Positions 8,676 through 19,311 of a DNA stretch of 64,000 bases are shown one piece after another. A program made the translations under genes and the position numbers. The notes below the pieces were generated by a model. That model saw only the letters and a program-made list of their open reading frames with translations, was not told the DNA's origin and searched no databases. The stretch covers positions 1,152,001-1,216,000 of the forward strand of contig CP166615.1 of assembly GCA_041937175.2 (NCBI GenBank), given 5' to 3'. The DNA is from Limnothrix sp. BL-A-16 (GTDB taxonomy: Bacteria; Cyanobacteriota; Cyanobacteriia; CACIAM-69d). Each line of letters opens with the position of its first letter. Position 1 is the stretch's first letter.

Positions 8676-9001
8676 GTTGTCCCGATGGTTCTTGGGCAGA
8701 CTTTTAACGGAATCTTCCAGTCCGTCCCCAGGGGATCGGGCTAATCTGAGGCAAGTTGTCATCAAGGATGACGGTGCTGAGTGGTTGGCCCCTGTTGTGG
8801 CCTCGGGTGTTGCGATTCCGTCCCCCTAATCCGAATAGCCTGTGCTTCCTCGGCCAGCCCATTGCAACATCCACGACAGCGCCCGCAACAGTGCTTGAGC
8901 TAAAAACTTTGAACTGCGACTCCCGTGATGTTGGTTGGGGCCTGCATGATTGGCCCGCCAGCCGCAACTCAGCCGATTGTTAGCCGACCCAGATTTTTCC
9001 T

Positions 9002-10423
9002 ATGGCTCAAAGTTTCGGACTCATCGGTCTTGCTGTGATGGGCGAAAATCTTGCCCTGAACATTGAACGGAATGGATTCCCGATCGCGGTGTATAACCGC
9101 AGCCGCGATAAAACCGACACATTCATGGCCACCCGGGCCCAGGGCAAGCAGGTGCAACCCACCTACAGCTTGGAAGAATTTGTGGCTGCCCTTGAACCGC
9201 CACGCAAAATCTTGATCATGGTCAAGGCGGGCGGCCCCGTGGATGCGGTGATTGAACAGCTCAAGCCCCTGCTGGCCCCGGGCGATATTTTGATTGACGG
9301 TGGCAACTCGCTGTATGAGGACACAGAACGCCGCACCCAAGATCTCGAAGCCTTGGGCCTGACCTACATTGGCATGGGCGTGAGCGGCGGCGAGGAGGGG
9401 GCGCTGAATGGCCCCAGCTTGATGCCCGGTGGTACTCGATCGGCCTATGAAAAAATTGAGCCGATCGTCACGAAGATCGCCGCCCAAGTGGATAACGGCC
9501 CCTGCGTTACCTACATCGGCCCCGGCGGATCTGGACACTACGTCAAGATGGTTCACAACGGCATTGAGTATGGCGATATGCAGCTCATTGCCGAAGCCTA
9601 CGACTTGCTGAAAACCGTGGGCGGCCTGAACCAAGCGCAGTTGCAAGCCACCTTCGCGGCTTGGAACCAAACGGACGAACTCAACTCCTTTTTGATTGAA
9701 ATTACCGCTGAAATCTTTAAGGTCAGTGATCCCGACACTCAAGAGCCGTTGGTGGAGCTGATTCAAGACGCGGCGGGGCAAAAAGGAACCGGCCGATGGA
9801 CGGTGATGAGCGCTCTGGAGTTGGGGGTTTCGATCCCAACTATCATCGCGGCGGTGAATGCCCGGATTATGTCGTCCATTAAGGCCGAGCGGACGGCGGC
9901 GGCCCAAGAGCTGAGCGGCCCCGGCCCGATCGCCCCGGTGGATCAAGCCACGTTCATTGACCAAGTGCGGGATGCGCTCTACTGCTCCAAAATCTGTTCC
10001 TATGCCCAAGGGATGGCCCTGTTGGCAAAGGCTTCCGCTGAATTTGGCTATGGCTTAAATTTGGCGGAAATGGCCAGAATTTGGAAAGGCGGCTGCATCA
10101 TTCGCGCGGGCTTCCTGAGCAAGATTGAGCGAGCTTTTACGGATAACCCGCAGTTGCCGAATTTGCTGCTGGCTCCGGAGTTTAAGCAAACCATTCTCGA
10201 TCGCCAGGCCGCTTGGCGATCGGTGGTGGCGACGGCGGCCCAAACGGGGATCGCGGTTCCGGCCTTCAGCGCCTCCCTGGACTATTTCGATAGCTACCGG
10301 CGCGATCGACTGCCCCAAAACCTCACCCAAGCCCAGCGCGACTTCTTCGGCGCACATACCTACGAGCGGATCGACAAACCGGGCACGTTCCACACGGAAT
10401 GGGCCGCATTGGCGAACGGTTAG
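9002..10423 (+). CDS. gnd: 6-phosphogluconate dehydrogenase (NADP+, decarboxylating)
   Basis: GLIGLAVMGENLA, GVSGGEEGA, VKMVHNGIEY, QAQRDFFGAHTY. Confidence 0.97.
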   Translation: MAQSFGLIGLAVMGENLALNIERNGFPIAVYNRSRDKTDTFMATRAQGKQVQPTYSLEEFVAALEPPRKILIMVKAGGPVDAVIEQLKPLLAPGDILIDGGNSLYEDTERRTQDLEALGLTYIGMGVSGGEEGALNGPSLMPGGTRSAYEKIEPIVTKIAAQVDNGPCVTYIGPGGSGHYVKMVHNGIEYGDMQLIAEAYDLLKTVGGLNQAQLQATFAAWNQTDELNSFLIEITAEIFKVSDPDTQEPLVELIQDAAGQKGTGRWTVMSALELGVSIPTIIAAVNARIMSSIKAERTAAAQELSGPGPIAPVDQATFIDQVRDALYCSKICSYAQGMALLAKASAEFGYGLNLAEMARIWKGGCIIRAGFLSKIERAFTDNPQLPNLLLAPEFKQTILDRQAAWRSVVATAAQTGIAVPAFSASLDYFDSYRRDRLPQNLTQAQRDFFGAHTYERIDKPGTFHTEWAALANG

Positions 10424-10569
10424 TTAGGCCGCGATCGCCCAAGGCTGTTGAGCGGCGGCAAGGGAAGATTAGGGCGCATTTGGTGAGATTCCTGTGGATT
10501 CGGGAGGCCAAATGGCCCGTAAATCTAACCGAAATTCCGGTATCACCGGATCGCCGCTCAACTCCAAAC

Positions 10570-10598
10570 GTAGGGTTCATGGGAGTACGGCCCCATGA
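10570..10598 (+). repeat. Single GTAG-type REP
   Basis: GTAGGGTTCATGGGAGTACGGCCCCATGA, similar to the REP at 1779. Confidence 0.55.
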
Positions 10599-10720
10599 TG
10601 ACGGAATGGTTGGCTTGTTCTTCCACGCCCCCGAGAATTAAGCGCCACTAAGGCAATACGACCACTCGAAAGCCAAAGTTGAGACCAATGGGGCCAGCAT
10701 CTGCATTCCAAAAAATACAT

Positions 10721-11683
10721 CTAAAGACCCACGGGCCGCAGCGCAAAAAATGTTTCATTCATGCGCTCGCCAATCACATTGAGTTCTTGCTGCAAATTGT
10801 CAATGAACTCATGGAGACCCCGATCGATCACTTCATCCACCGAAAAATAGCTGAGTTCTGCTAACAATCGTCCCAAGGGCCGCTCCACAGGATTGCTCCA
10901 AGTGCCCGTCGGTGTTCCGGTAATTTCATGCAAGGATTTTTGGGACTGCAACAGGCAAAATTGCACCGCGCGGGGAAACTGTCGATCGAGCAATAAAAAC
11001 TCCACAACTCCCGTGGGCGAAATGCGGTGATTGCGCCACTTTTGATACATTTCATAGGCGCTGGCGGACTTCAACAATGCAATCCATTGGAGGCGATCGA
11101 GCGTTGTGCCCACATCCTGCACCGAAGGCAGCAGAATGTAATATTTCACATCCAAAATTCGCGATGTTTTATCCGCCCGCTCCAGAAATCGGCCCACCTG
11201 TCCAAAGTGCCAGCCTTCGCCGTGGGTCATGGTGGCATCGGTCACGCCATAGAGCAAATGACTCGCCAACTTCACTTCATTAAAAAACTTATCTAGGTCA
11301 ACGGCTCCCGCGCTGTAGCTGGCGGCCGCTTCCTGAACCATTAAATAAAACGCATTAATTTGTTCCCAGACTTCCGTAGACAGAATTTCTCGGATCGATC
11401 GAGCGTTTTCCCGCGCTGATTTTAAACAAGACAAAATCGAATTGGGATAATTCGCATCAAATGTTAGAAACTGAATCACATTTTCAGCGGAAGCTTCCCC
11501 ATAATTGGCCTGAAAAAGTGCTAAGTCTCCCGTGGTCATCAACAGAGGTTTCCATTGTTGAGTCACACCCGCAGGGGAATCTAAACTCAGCTTGAGATTG
11601 ACATCAATAAATCGGGCCACATTTTCCGCCCGTTCCACATAGCGATTGAGCCAATAAATCGAGTCCGCAACGCGACTGAGCAT
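10721..11683 (-). CDS. Alpha-E domain protein (DUF403)
   Basis: MLSRVADSIYWLNRYVERAENVAR, ARENAR, GRFLERADKTSRILD, FPRAV: duplicated ER motifs typical of alpha-E. Confidence 0.9.
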   Translation of the reverse strand: MLSRVADSIYWLNRYVERAENVARFIDVNLKLSLDSPAGVTQQWKPLLMTTGDLALFQANYGEASAENVIQFLTFDANYPNSILSCLKSARENARSIREILSTEVWEQINAFYLMVQEAAASYSAGAVDLDKFFNEVKLASHLLYGVTDATMTHGEGWHFGQVGRFLERADKTSRILDVKYYILLPSVQDVGTTLDRLQWIALLKSASAYEMYQKWRNHRISPTGVVEFLLLDRQFPRAVQFCLLQSQKSLHEITGTPTGTWSNPVERPLGRLLAELSYFSVDEVIDRGLHEFIDNLQQELNVIGERMNETFFALRPVGL

Positions 11684-11857
11684 GGTGATTTAAAGGATGA
11701 ATTCCAAGGGGTGATTCCGCAAGAAGCCTTGATCGGGGAAAGTTGCCTAGAGCATACCTTAAACATCCCAGTCGGTTCCAGGATTGCTTCAGTTTGAGCT
11801 GTGGCCGCCATTCCCCAATCAACACATTCCTCAACCATCCCCCTTGGCGATCTCGCC

Positions 11858-13255
11858 CTACAAACGAGCAACACCATCTAGGCGAGCGGCCGCTTGCACC
11901 GCAGCGGCCACCGCTGGAGCCACGCGCGGATCAAAAACTGAAGGGACGATCGTTTCGGGGCCCAACTGCTCATCGTCCACCAATGAGGCGATCGCCAAGG
12001 CCGCATCCAAGAACATGCGTTGGGTGAGTTTGTTGGCCCGGCTGTCGAGGGCCCCCCGAAACAGGCCCGGAAATGCCAACACATTGTTGATTTGGTTGGG
12101 ATAGTCACTGCGGCCGGTGGCGATGATGGCCGCTTTGCCGATGATCAGTTCCGGTTGAATTTCCGGAACCGGGTTGGCCATGGCAAAGACGATCGGGTCT
12201 TTGGCCATGGATTCCACCATGGGCACGGACACCACCCCGGGCGCACTGACCCCCAGGAAAATATCAGCACCGACCATCGCATCGGCCAGGGTGAGCGGCC
12301 CGGGGCGATCGACCGCAAAATCCTGCTTTTGGGGGTTCAAATCGGTGCGATCGAGCGTCAGCAGCCCCTTCGAGTCGCAAATGGCAATGTCGGTGGCTCC
12401 GGCCGTGCGCAGCAGTTGGGCGATCGCGATCCCCGCCGCCCCTGCCCCATTGATCACGATTTTGACCGCCGATAGGGTTTTACCCACATATTTCAGGGCA
12501 TTGGTCAGGGCCGCCAAGGAGACGATCGCCGTGCCGTGTTGATCGTCGTGGAACACGGGGATATCCAGTTCCTCCTTCAGCCGCTTTTCCACTTCAAAAC
12601 AGCGCGGCGCGGCGATATCCTCCAGGTTCACCCCCCCAAAAACCGGCGCAATCCGCTTCACGGTTTCCACAATTTCATCGGCATCTTGGGTGGCCAAGCA
12701 AATGGGAAAAGCATCCACCCCGCCAAATTCCTTGAACAGCATGGCCTTGCCTTCCATTACCGGCAACGCCCCTTCGGGCCCCAAATTGCCCAACCCCAGC
12801 ACGGCGCTGCCATCGGTGACGATCGCCACCATGTTTTGCTTCACCGTCAGCTCATAGACCCGATCGGGCTGGTCAGCAATGGCCCGACAAACGCGACCCA
12901 CCCCCGGCGTGTAAGCCATGGCCAAATCCGCCTGGCGATCGAGCGAAATCTTGCTGTTGACGGTGATTTTGCCGCCCTGGTGCAAGGCGAAGGTGCGATC
13001 GGCTGCTGCCAACACCAATACCTCCGGAATTGCCTTCACGGCTGCCACAATGGCCTCCGCGCCCTCGGTGCTGGCCGCATCCACTGACAAATCCCGGATG
13101 GTCTGTTGGCGATTTTGCTCCACGAGGGTGATATCACCCAAGTTGCCCCCAGCGTCCGCGATCGCCTGAATGACCCGGGAAAGCATTCCCACCTGGTTGG
13201 GCAACTGAAGACGCAACGAAACACTGAAACTGGGATTTGGCGTTAGTTTAACCAC
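11858..13255 (-). CDS. Malic enzyme with N-terminal ACT domain
   Basis: AYTPGV, VTDGSAVLGLG, VMEGKA, NLEDI, FHDDQHGT, GAGAAG, GRSDYPNQINN. Confidence 0.95.
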   Translation of the reverse strand: MVKLTPNPSFSVSLRLQLPNQVGMLSRVIQAIADAGGNLGDITLVEQNRQQTIRDLSVDAASTEGAEAIVAAVKAIPEVLVLAAADRTFALHQGGKITVNSKISLDRQADLAMAYTPGVGRVCRAIADQPDRVYELTVKQNMVAIVTDGSAVLGLGNLGPEGALPVMEGKAMLFKEFGGVDAFPICLATQDADEIVETVKRIAPVFGGVNLEDIAAPRCFEVEKRLKEELDIPVFHDDQHGTAIVSLAALTNALKYVGKTLSAVKIVINGAGAAGIAIAQLLRTAGATDIAICDSKGLLTLDRTDLNPQKQDFAVDRPGPLTLADAMVGADIFLGVSAPGVVSVPMVESMAKDPIVFAMANPVPEIQPELIIGKAAIIATGRSDYPNQINNVLAFPGLFRGALDSRANKLTQRMFLDAALAIASLVDDEQLGPETIVPSVFDPRVAPAVAAAVQAAARLDGVARL

Positions 13256-13476
13256 GAACCGATCCTTCCCGAATAGCAGGTTAATGAGTTAGAAGCTGAC
13301 AAGACAGGGATAACTAAAGCTCTATAATCTACCACCCATGAGCCGTTGGCCTTGGGCGATCGGTCAGGAATTGCTGAAGATTTTTGCTCAGGTCTGAGGG
13401 AATGTCTGAACAGTCAAAGCCCTTACCTTAGTAGGTCTCATTAGCTTTCGAGTATCATTAATCGACAAGAAGATGA

Positions 13477-13890
13477 TCAATCTTGATGATTAATTCGGTA
13501 AATGACTTGGGCAGTTCCTAAAATGTTGTTACGCCGAATGGGATTATGGCTTTGCTCAATGGCGCGTCGAGTCACCAAGTCCACGGGGCGGTTCTGAAAG
13601 AGCTTGCTAAATTCACATTCAATTGTGTATAGATCCAGCAGTGTAACCTTAGCGATCGGGGAAAAGCTAATTAATAAATCCACATCGCTATCGTCCCGAA
13701 ATCGATCGCCAAGAATTGATCCGAATAATGCAACTTCAGTGATCTGCCAATCACCACACAACAACATCAGTTTTTGACAATCCACGGTGAGACCTGGCTG
13801 AAGCGTAATTGAGCGACACAGAGGCTTCGCTTGATCGCACTCAACACCATCAAGGCAGTTGGTCATGGAGTGAGTCATGGCAGATCGCAA
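13477..13890 (-). CDS. Minimal nucleotidyltransferase (MNT/MntA-like antitoxin); start uncertain
   Basis: LFGSILGDRFRDDSDVDLL, RPVDLVT, NPIRRNNIL. Confidence 0.85.
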   Translation of the reverse strand: MRSAMTHSMTNCLDGVECDQAKPLCRSITLQPGLTVDCQKLMLLCGDWQITEVALFGSILGDRFRDDSDVDLLISFSPIAKVTLLDLYTIECEFSKLFQNRPVDLVTRRAIEQSHNPIRRNNILGTAQVIYRINHQD

Positions 13891-13914
13891 TTGAACTGAA
13901 GTTTTGATTGTGTT

Positions 13915-14649
13915 TCAACTGAATTTGACGCGATAGAGGGCAAATACATCGCCTTCGCGCGTGGCGGTCACTTTGCCACCGGCTGCCTGAATAAGTTTTT
14001 TCCAGGCGATCGGCTCTTCCAAGAAAACCTCCGCCCCCAAATAGGTTTCCAAAATTGCCCAATTTTCCGCTAAGGGCAATTCGGGCAAAATGGCATCGAA
14101 GACGAATAACCCACCGGGCTTCAGGAGGGGCTTGACCCGATCGACCACGGCGGCCCAATAGTCGATCGGGTAATAACAGCTCACCCCCGTGGCAATCACC
14201 AAATCAAAGAACCCTGGCTCATAGTTCAGTTCATGGGCCGGCTGACAATGCACGCCCTTAAACAGTTTGGAGTTCAGTTGCGGCCCCCGCGCTGTTAACA
14301 AATCGCAGGCGACGCGAGCCACATCTTGTCCATAGAAAAAGGCTTGCCAATCGCGCCAGGGATAAAACAAAAAACTGCCCCCACAACCCAAATCTAAACA
14401 GCGCCAACCTTTTTGGGGCTTTGCCAATTCCCAAAAGGGGGATGTGATGCGACTGGTGAGGGATCCAGTCGCGAATTCAGGATAGAGCGGCAAGGCGGCC
14501 ACTTCGTCGGGGACTTCAAAGGCCTCACCGCGATATTCTTGGTTATATCGAGCGGCAACGGCTTGGATTTGGGCCTGTAGTTCAGGGGTATTCCAATCAC
14601 GAGATTGAAGTTCGGCAATGCTCCAGTTAACCAATGAATGCGCCCTCAA
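13915..14649 (-). CDS. Class I SAM-dependent methyltransferase
   Basis: CLDLGCG motif I, FDLVIA, LKPGG. Confidence 0.85.
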   Translation of the reverse strand: MRAHSLVNWSIAELQSRDWNTPELQAQIQAVAARYNQEYRGEAFEVPDEVAALPLYPEFATGSLTSRITSPFWELAKPQKGWRCLDLGCGGSFLFYPWRDWQAFFYGQDVARVACDLLTARGPQLNSKLFKGVHCQPAHELNYEPGFFDLVIATGVSCYYPIDYWAAVVDRVKPLLKPGGLFVFDAILPELPLAENWAILETYLGAEVFLEEPIAWKKLIQAAGGKVTATREGDVFALYRVKFS

Positions 14650-14691
14650 AAATTGGGGTTGAATGTTGCTCTAGAAACAGGGAAATAATGA

Positions 14692-14871
14692 TTAACCTTT
14701 GAGAGCCTTTTGGAAGTTTTTGCGATAGGAGCCATTAATTAGCAAAACTGGCCAAAGTAGGGTTAGAAAAATTCGATTTTGGGTGAAGTTGGTTCGCTGA
14801 AAGCCGTTCCAAAATTTCACCCCAAAGAAGATGTAAGCACCAAGAATAGCGAGAATTGCCAGCTTAGCCAT
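14692..14871 (-). CDS. Small membrane protein (59 aa), hypothetical
   Basis: ATG at 14871; two hydrophobic stretches; same strand as and directly upstream of the methyltransferase. Confidence 0.65.
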   Translation of the reverse strand: MAKLAILAILGAYIFFGVKFWNGFQRTNFTQNRIFLTLLWPVLLINGSYRKNFQKALKG

Positions 14872-15058
14872 CGATCGAGCCTCTAGATACAACGGTTAAA
14901 TGCGACTGAATGCCTTTGGATGCACTTGGGTGCTAATGATGCCAGCCAACGGCGATGGGAAGGGAGTGACTCCCGGGGCTTCCGGGTTCACCCTGTCTAT
15001 CAGTGTAGCCAAACCGTTAGAGTAGAAAGCGGCAAAACGCAACCATCACAAGGCAATC

Positions 15059-16564
15059 ATGGAATTTCGAGCAAGTGTCAGCAGCCCGATCGAATGGACG
15101 GGCGCTGGTTTGGCGATCGGGCTGTTTGAGTCGGAACTGGAAACCCTGGCGGGTGACTTGGCGGCCTTGAACGATCGACTGGGTGGGGCCCTGCGCGAGG
15201 CGATCGATGAGGCCGAATTTAAGGGCAAGCCCGGCAACACTGCAACCCTGCGCGTGGGCAGCAGCACACCCGTTCGTAAATTGATCTTGATTGGGTTGGG
15301 CAGTGCCGAGAATCTGCCGCTCGATCGCCTGCGCCAAGGGGCCGCCGCCGCCGCCAAAGCTGCCCGGGCCCAAAAGTGCGATCGCCTGGCCATTGCGTTC
15401 CCGCTGGCCAACCAAGAGGCGGCCGCCGCTGCCCAAGCGATCACCGAGGGGGTGCATTTGTCGCTCTATCGCGATCGCCGCTTCAAGTCCGACAGCGAAG
15501 AAAACAGCAAAACCCCCAAGCCGGAGACGATCGAGCTGTTGCCATTCCGAAATGGAACCACGGATGCAGCGGCGATCGCCCAAGGGATCGATCGGGGTGA
15601 AAAAATCGCTGCCGGAACCATTTTGGCCCGCGAGTTAGTGGCCGCTCCGGCCAACGTGGTCACCCCCATCACCATGGCCGAAACGGCTCAGGCGATCGCC
15701 GCCAACCCCGGCTGGGAGCTGACCATTTTGGAACAGGAAGATTGCGAAAAACTAGGTATGGGTAGCTTTTTGGGGGTTGCCCAAGCGTCTGACCTGCCGC
15801 CGAAGTTTATCCATTTGGTTTACAAGCCCCCAGGCACGCCCCGCAAAAAGTTGGCGATCGTTGGCAAGGGGCTGACCTTCGACAGTGGTGGCTTAAACAT
15901 CAAGGCCGGCGCAGGCAGCAGCATTGAGATGATGAAAACCGACATGGGCGGCGCGGGCGCAACCTTTGGTGCGGCCCAGGCGATCGCCCTATTGCAACCG
16001 GATGTGGAAGTGCATTTCATTTCCGCCGTCACCGAAAACATGATCAGCGGGCGAGCCATGCACCCGGGCGACATCCTCACCGCCTCCAATGGCAAAACGA
16101 TCGAAGTGGGCAACACCGACGCAGAAGGCCGCCTGACCCTGGCCGATGCGCTCGTCTATGCGGACAAGCTGGGTGTGGAGGCGATCGTGGACTTGGCCAC
16201 CCTCACGGGCGCTTGCGTGGTGGCCTTGGGGGATGAGATTGCGGGTCTGTGGGCCACCGATGAAGCCCTGGCCAACGGTTTGAAAGCCGCCGCCGCCAAG
16301 GCCGGTGAAAAGCTGTGGCAAATGCCCCTCGAAGAACCCTACTTCGACAAGATGAAATCCGTGGTGGCTGACATGAAAAACATCGGCGGCCGCGCGGGTG
16401 GCTCAATCACTGCCGCCCTGTTCCTGAAGCAGTTTGTGAAGGACACGCCTTGGGCGCATTTAGATGTGGCGGGGCCCGTTTGGAGTGACAAGGATTCAGC
16501 CCTAAATCCCGCCGGGGCTACCGGTTATGGGGTTCGTACCTTGGTGGAGTGGATTTTGGCTTAA
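15059..16564 (+). CDS. pepA: Leucyl aminopeptidase (M17)
   Basis: [34 protein letters not shown]. Confidence 0.95.
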   Translation: MEFRASVSSPIEWTGAGLAIGLFESELETLAGDLAALNDRLGGALREAIDEAEFKGKPGNTATLRVGSSTPVRKLILIGLGSAENLPLDRLRQGAAAAAKAARAQKCDRLAIAFPLANQEAAAAAQAITEGVHLSLYRDRRFKSDSEENSKTPKPETIELLPFRNGTTDAAAIAQGIDRGEKIAAGTILARELVAAPANVVTPITMAETAQAIAANPGWELTILEQEDCEKLGMGSFLGVAQASDLPPKFIHLVYKPPGTPRKKLAIVGKGLTFDSGGLNIKAGAGSSIEMMKTDMGGAGATFGAAQAIALLQPDVEVHFISAVTENMISGRAMHPGDILTASNGKTIEVGNTDAEGRLTLADALVYADKLGVEAIVDLATLTGACVVALGDEIAGLWATDEALANGLKAAAAKAGEKLWQMPLEEPYFDKMKSVVADMKNIGGRAGGSITAALFLKQFVKDTPWAHLDVAGPVWSDKDSALNPAGATGYGVRTLVEWILA

Positions 16565-16600
16565 TGGCTAGCTCAATGATCGGCTGAATCGCTGGTTCAA

Positions 16601-16775
16601 GAGACCTCTGGCGCAAATTAGCTAACAGCCCTCATCCCCCAACCCCTTCTCCCAAGGAGGGCGAAGGGGAGCCAGAAATCGGGAATAGCGGCGATTTCGT
16701 TGTTGGTTGTCAAGTCCCTCTCCCAAGTCGGGAGAGGGATTTAGGGTGAGGGTTTTGATTGATGCAAGAGGTCTA
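16601..16775 (+). mobile_element. MITE family A, copy 2
   Basis: Highly similar to 1102-1276 over its full length. Confidence 0.85.
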
Positions 16776-17082
16776 AGAGCTGGATCTGTCTGGATCAGCA
16801 ACGGCCGCTCCCGGTCAGGGCGCTGCGAGGACGTATGAGGCCCGCAGCGCCGACCAACGGTGAATCCATCAGATCTCCTAGCGTTTGACGAACTGGCGAC
16901 GATTCAATAGAATCGGCCCCAACTCCGTAGCCTTGTCCAGGGTCAATCTTTCGGTGGTTCGGCCGAGTTGAAAGTCTGGCCGTTGCGAAATTTGCCCCCT
17001 GCAAGCAACCCAACGTTGTGTCTGGGCAAGGCGGTGCTTGGGGATGGCGGCCGCGTCCCTTGCCCATATTTGGTGTGGTGGT

Positions 17083-18159
17083 ATGAATTTGTCTATTGAG
17101 CCTCGCGAATCCAACCCGACGATCGCCCCCCGATCGACCTCGGCCGCTGACTGGTATGCCGACCAGCTCATGGATGACTTGTTTGGGGATTTGGAGCGAT
17201 CGCTCGAGGAGGGCGTGGAACTGTTGACCCCACCCCCGGAACCCTCGCCCCCGATCGCCCTGCAATCGATCGCCGTGCCGCCCTTGGTGTTGCCAGCGGA
17301 GGTGTTGCCGCCCCCGCCGCCGCCCAAAATTCAAGAACCGGATCCAGAGCTGATCGAAGCGGTGGCCGACGCGGAGCGGGCCCGGCAATCGGTGCGCCTG
17401 TTCGATCGCCTAACCATCGGCGCGGCGGCCCTGTCCCTATTGGCCACCGTGGGCCTGTGGTTCGCCAATCGCAACGAACCGGCAGCGGTGACGGCCGACG
17501 GCTCCCCGGCGGCTCCCGTTGCTTCCGTGGCCAACGACGGCAGCAGCACCCCCGACGATACGGAATTTGCTGCCTATATCTCCCGTTCTTTGGATGCGAT
17601 CGAGCGGCGCACCAATGGCGGCGGCCCCGCTGCTCAGTTGCCCCAGCCCCCTGCGATCGCGCCAGTGCCCTCGCAATTGCCCAACGTTGTCACCCTCAAT
17701 CCTCCAAACCCCAGCCCCGCGCCGCCGGCCTCCAGCGCTGCCGTCACGCCTGCGGCCCCGGTTGGGTTTCCCTTGTCCAGCAATTTGGTGGATGCGATCG
17801 AGCGCTTAACCCGCTTGCTGGAACGGAATCCCAACTTGGCCACCAACTTACCCCAACCCAACGGAGCCGCCACCCGCCCCAGCCCCGCGCCGGCCGCTTC
17901 CCCTCAACCGACCGCCAGCCCAGCCGCGTCACCGGGGCCCGTTGCGGTTGCTCCCAGCATGACCTACGTTCTGGTGGGGGTTTTGGAATTGGGCGATCGC
18001 TCCTCGGCCTTGGTTTCCGTGAACGGCGTGACCAGGCGGGTCAGCATGGGCGAGGCGATCGGGGCCAGTGGTTGGACTTTGGTGGAAGTGGCCAACCAAG
18101 CGGCGACTCTCCGACGAGATGGCGAAACACGCTCTGTGTTTGTGGGTCAGCAGTTTTAG
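17083..18159 (+). CDS. Membrane-anchored Pro-rich protein with C-terminal PilP/GspC-like beta domain; start uncertain
   Basis: One TM helix, Pro/Ala linker, C-terminal LVGVLELGDRSSALVSVNG..GEAIG..GWTLVEV. Confidence 0.6.
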   Translation: MNLSIEPRESNPTIAPRSTSAADWYADQLMDDLFGDLERSLEEGVELLTPPPEPSPPIALQSIAVPPLVLPAEVLPPPPPPKIQEPDPELIEAVADAERARQSVRLFDRLTIGAAALSLLATVGLWFANRNEPAAVTADGSPAAPVASVANDGSSTPDDTEFAAYISRSLDAIERRTNGGGPAAQLPQPPAIAPVPSQLPNVVTLNPPNPSPAPPASSAAVTPAAPVGFPLSSNLVDAIERLTRLLERNPNLATNLPQPNGAATRPSPAPAASPQPTASPAASPGPVAVAPSMTYVLVGVLELGDRSSALVSVNGVTRRVSMGEAIGASGWTLVEVANQAATLRRDGETRSVFVGQQF

Positions 18160-18254
18160 GACGCTTTCAAGTCCTGGTCACAACGCGAAATCCTGGCAGC
18201 AAGGGACTTCAGCCCCTTGTCTATGAGGGGTTTGGCGAAAAATGGATGGCGGGT

Positions 18255-19061
18255 CTAATCTGCCAAGGTACTCGGAAAGCCAGCAGTGTTATAGCCAGGA
18301 ATCTCGATCGGATCGCCCCATAGCAAGTAATAATCCTCCGCATAAATCGGGAAGCGACAAAGGTCGATCGGGGTTGTTTCCGATGGGTTAACCCCCTGAA
18401 TTAACCCAGCCGCTTGGAAGGCTGCTGCAATTAATTCAGAGCAGAAAAAACTAGAGTGATCTTCCTGAGCGCAGGTTAATCCCGCTTCGTCCAGGAAGTC
18501 TAAGCCTGCCAAAGCAGCTTGCACAAAATCGTAGGCACGCTTTTCGCTTTGGCGCATGAAATCCGTGAACTTTTGCAGATCCAATCGGGAGCGATGTTGC
18601 TCTCCCAAAGGTAGCCACCAAATTTGGCCATCATAGCCATCCATCAGGGCGCTTAATTTATTGATTTGTACGCCACTTTTGGCAATTCCCGTGTCTTGGT
18701 CAAAGCAAAGGGGATGGGATTCAATAATATAAATTTCCGGCTGATCCGTGGTCAGCATATCAATTTCGAGCAGGGAGGAAGCTAGCTCTAAACTGATATG
18801 TTCCTGATCCTCCGTTGCGCTTGCACTAGGATTTTGGTCACCCTTGGCATCTGAATCAACTTCGCTATCTGGCTTGCTATCAACGTTGATCCTGCTGGGC
18901 CCATTGATCATGAATTCTGGCTGGAACACAGCACCCACATGGGAAACCGTGGATTGGGTTGAAAGGCGCACCGTTCCCGACAGGATATCGGCCCCAGCAA
19001 AGGCAATCACATCTCCCGATCGCATCTGATGACAAACTTCGTGATATTGCACAATATTCAT
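18255..19061 (-). CDS. Permuted papain-like NlpC/P60 (YiiX/YebB-like) hydrolase
   Basis: GDVIAF, SHVG (His before Cys), YDF, FFCSELIA. Confidence 0.75.
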   Translation of the reverse strand: MNIVQYHEVCHQMRSGDVIAFAGADILSGTVRLSTQSTVSHVGAVFQPEFMINGPSRINVDSKPDSEVDSDAKGDQNPSASATEDQEHISLELASSLLEIDMLTTDQPEIYIIESHPLCFDQDTGIAKSGVQINKLSALMDGYDGQIWWLPLGEQHRSRLDLQKFTDFMRQSEKRAYDFVQAALAGLDFLDEAGLTCAQEDHSSFFCSELIAAAFQAAGLIQGVNPSETTPIDLCRFPIYAEDYYLLWGDPIEIPGYNTAGFPSTLAD

Positions 19062-19311
19062 GATGTTTCGGGCTGTGGCTATAGTGGGTGTGTTTCAGTT
19101 TTAAACGCTGATTTATAAGAAAATTATTGCTCAGCGAATAACCGTTTTGCCACTATTAAAGCTGTAGACTGCCCTCTTCTTTCCGTGTTGCTCAAGTCGC
19201 TAAGATACGCTTTTCGAGTGAGGTTAGCAATGGCGGGGATTGGAGGATGAGTGCTGCCTTGGTTAGAGAGTCGTGGGTAGTGTCAACTCTATAGACTACT
19301 TACCACTAAAC

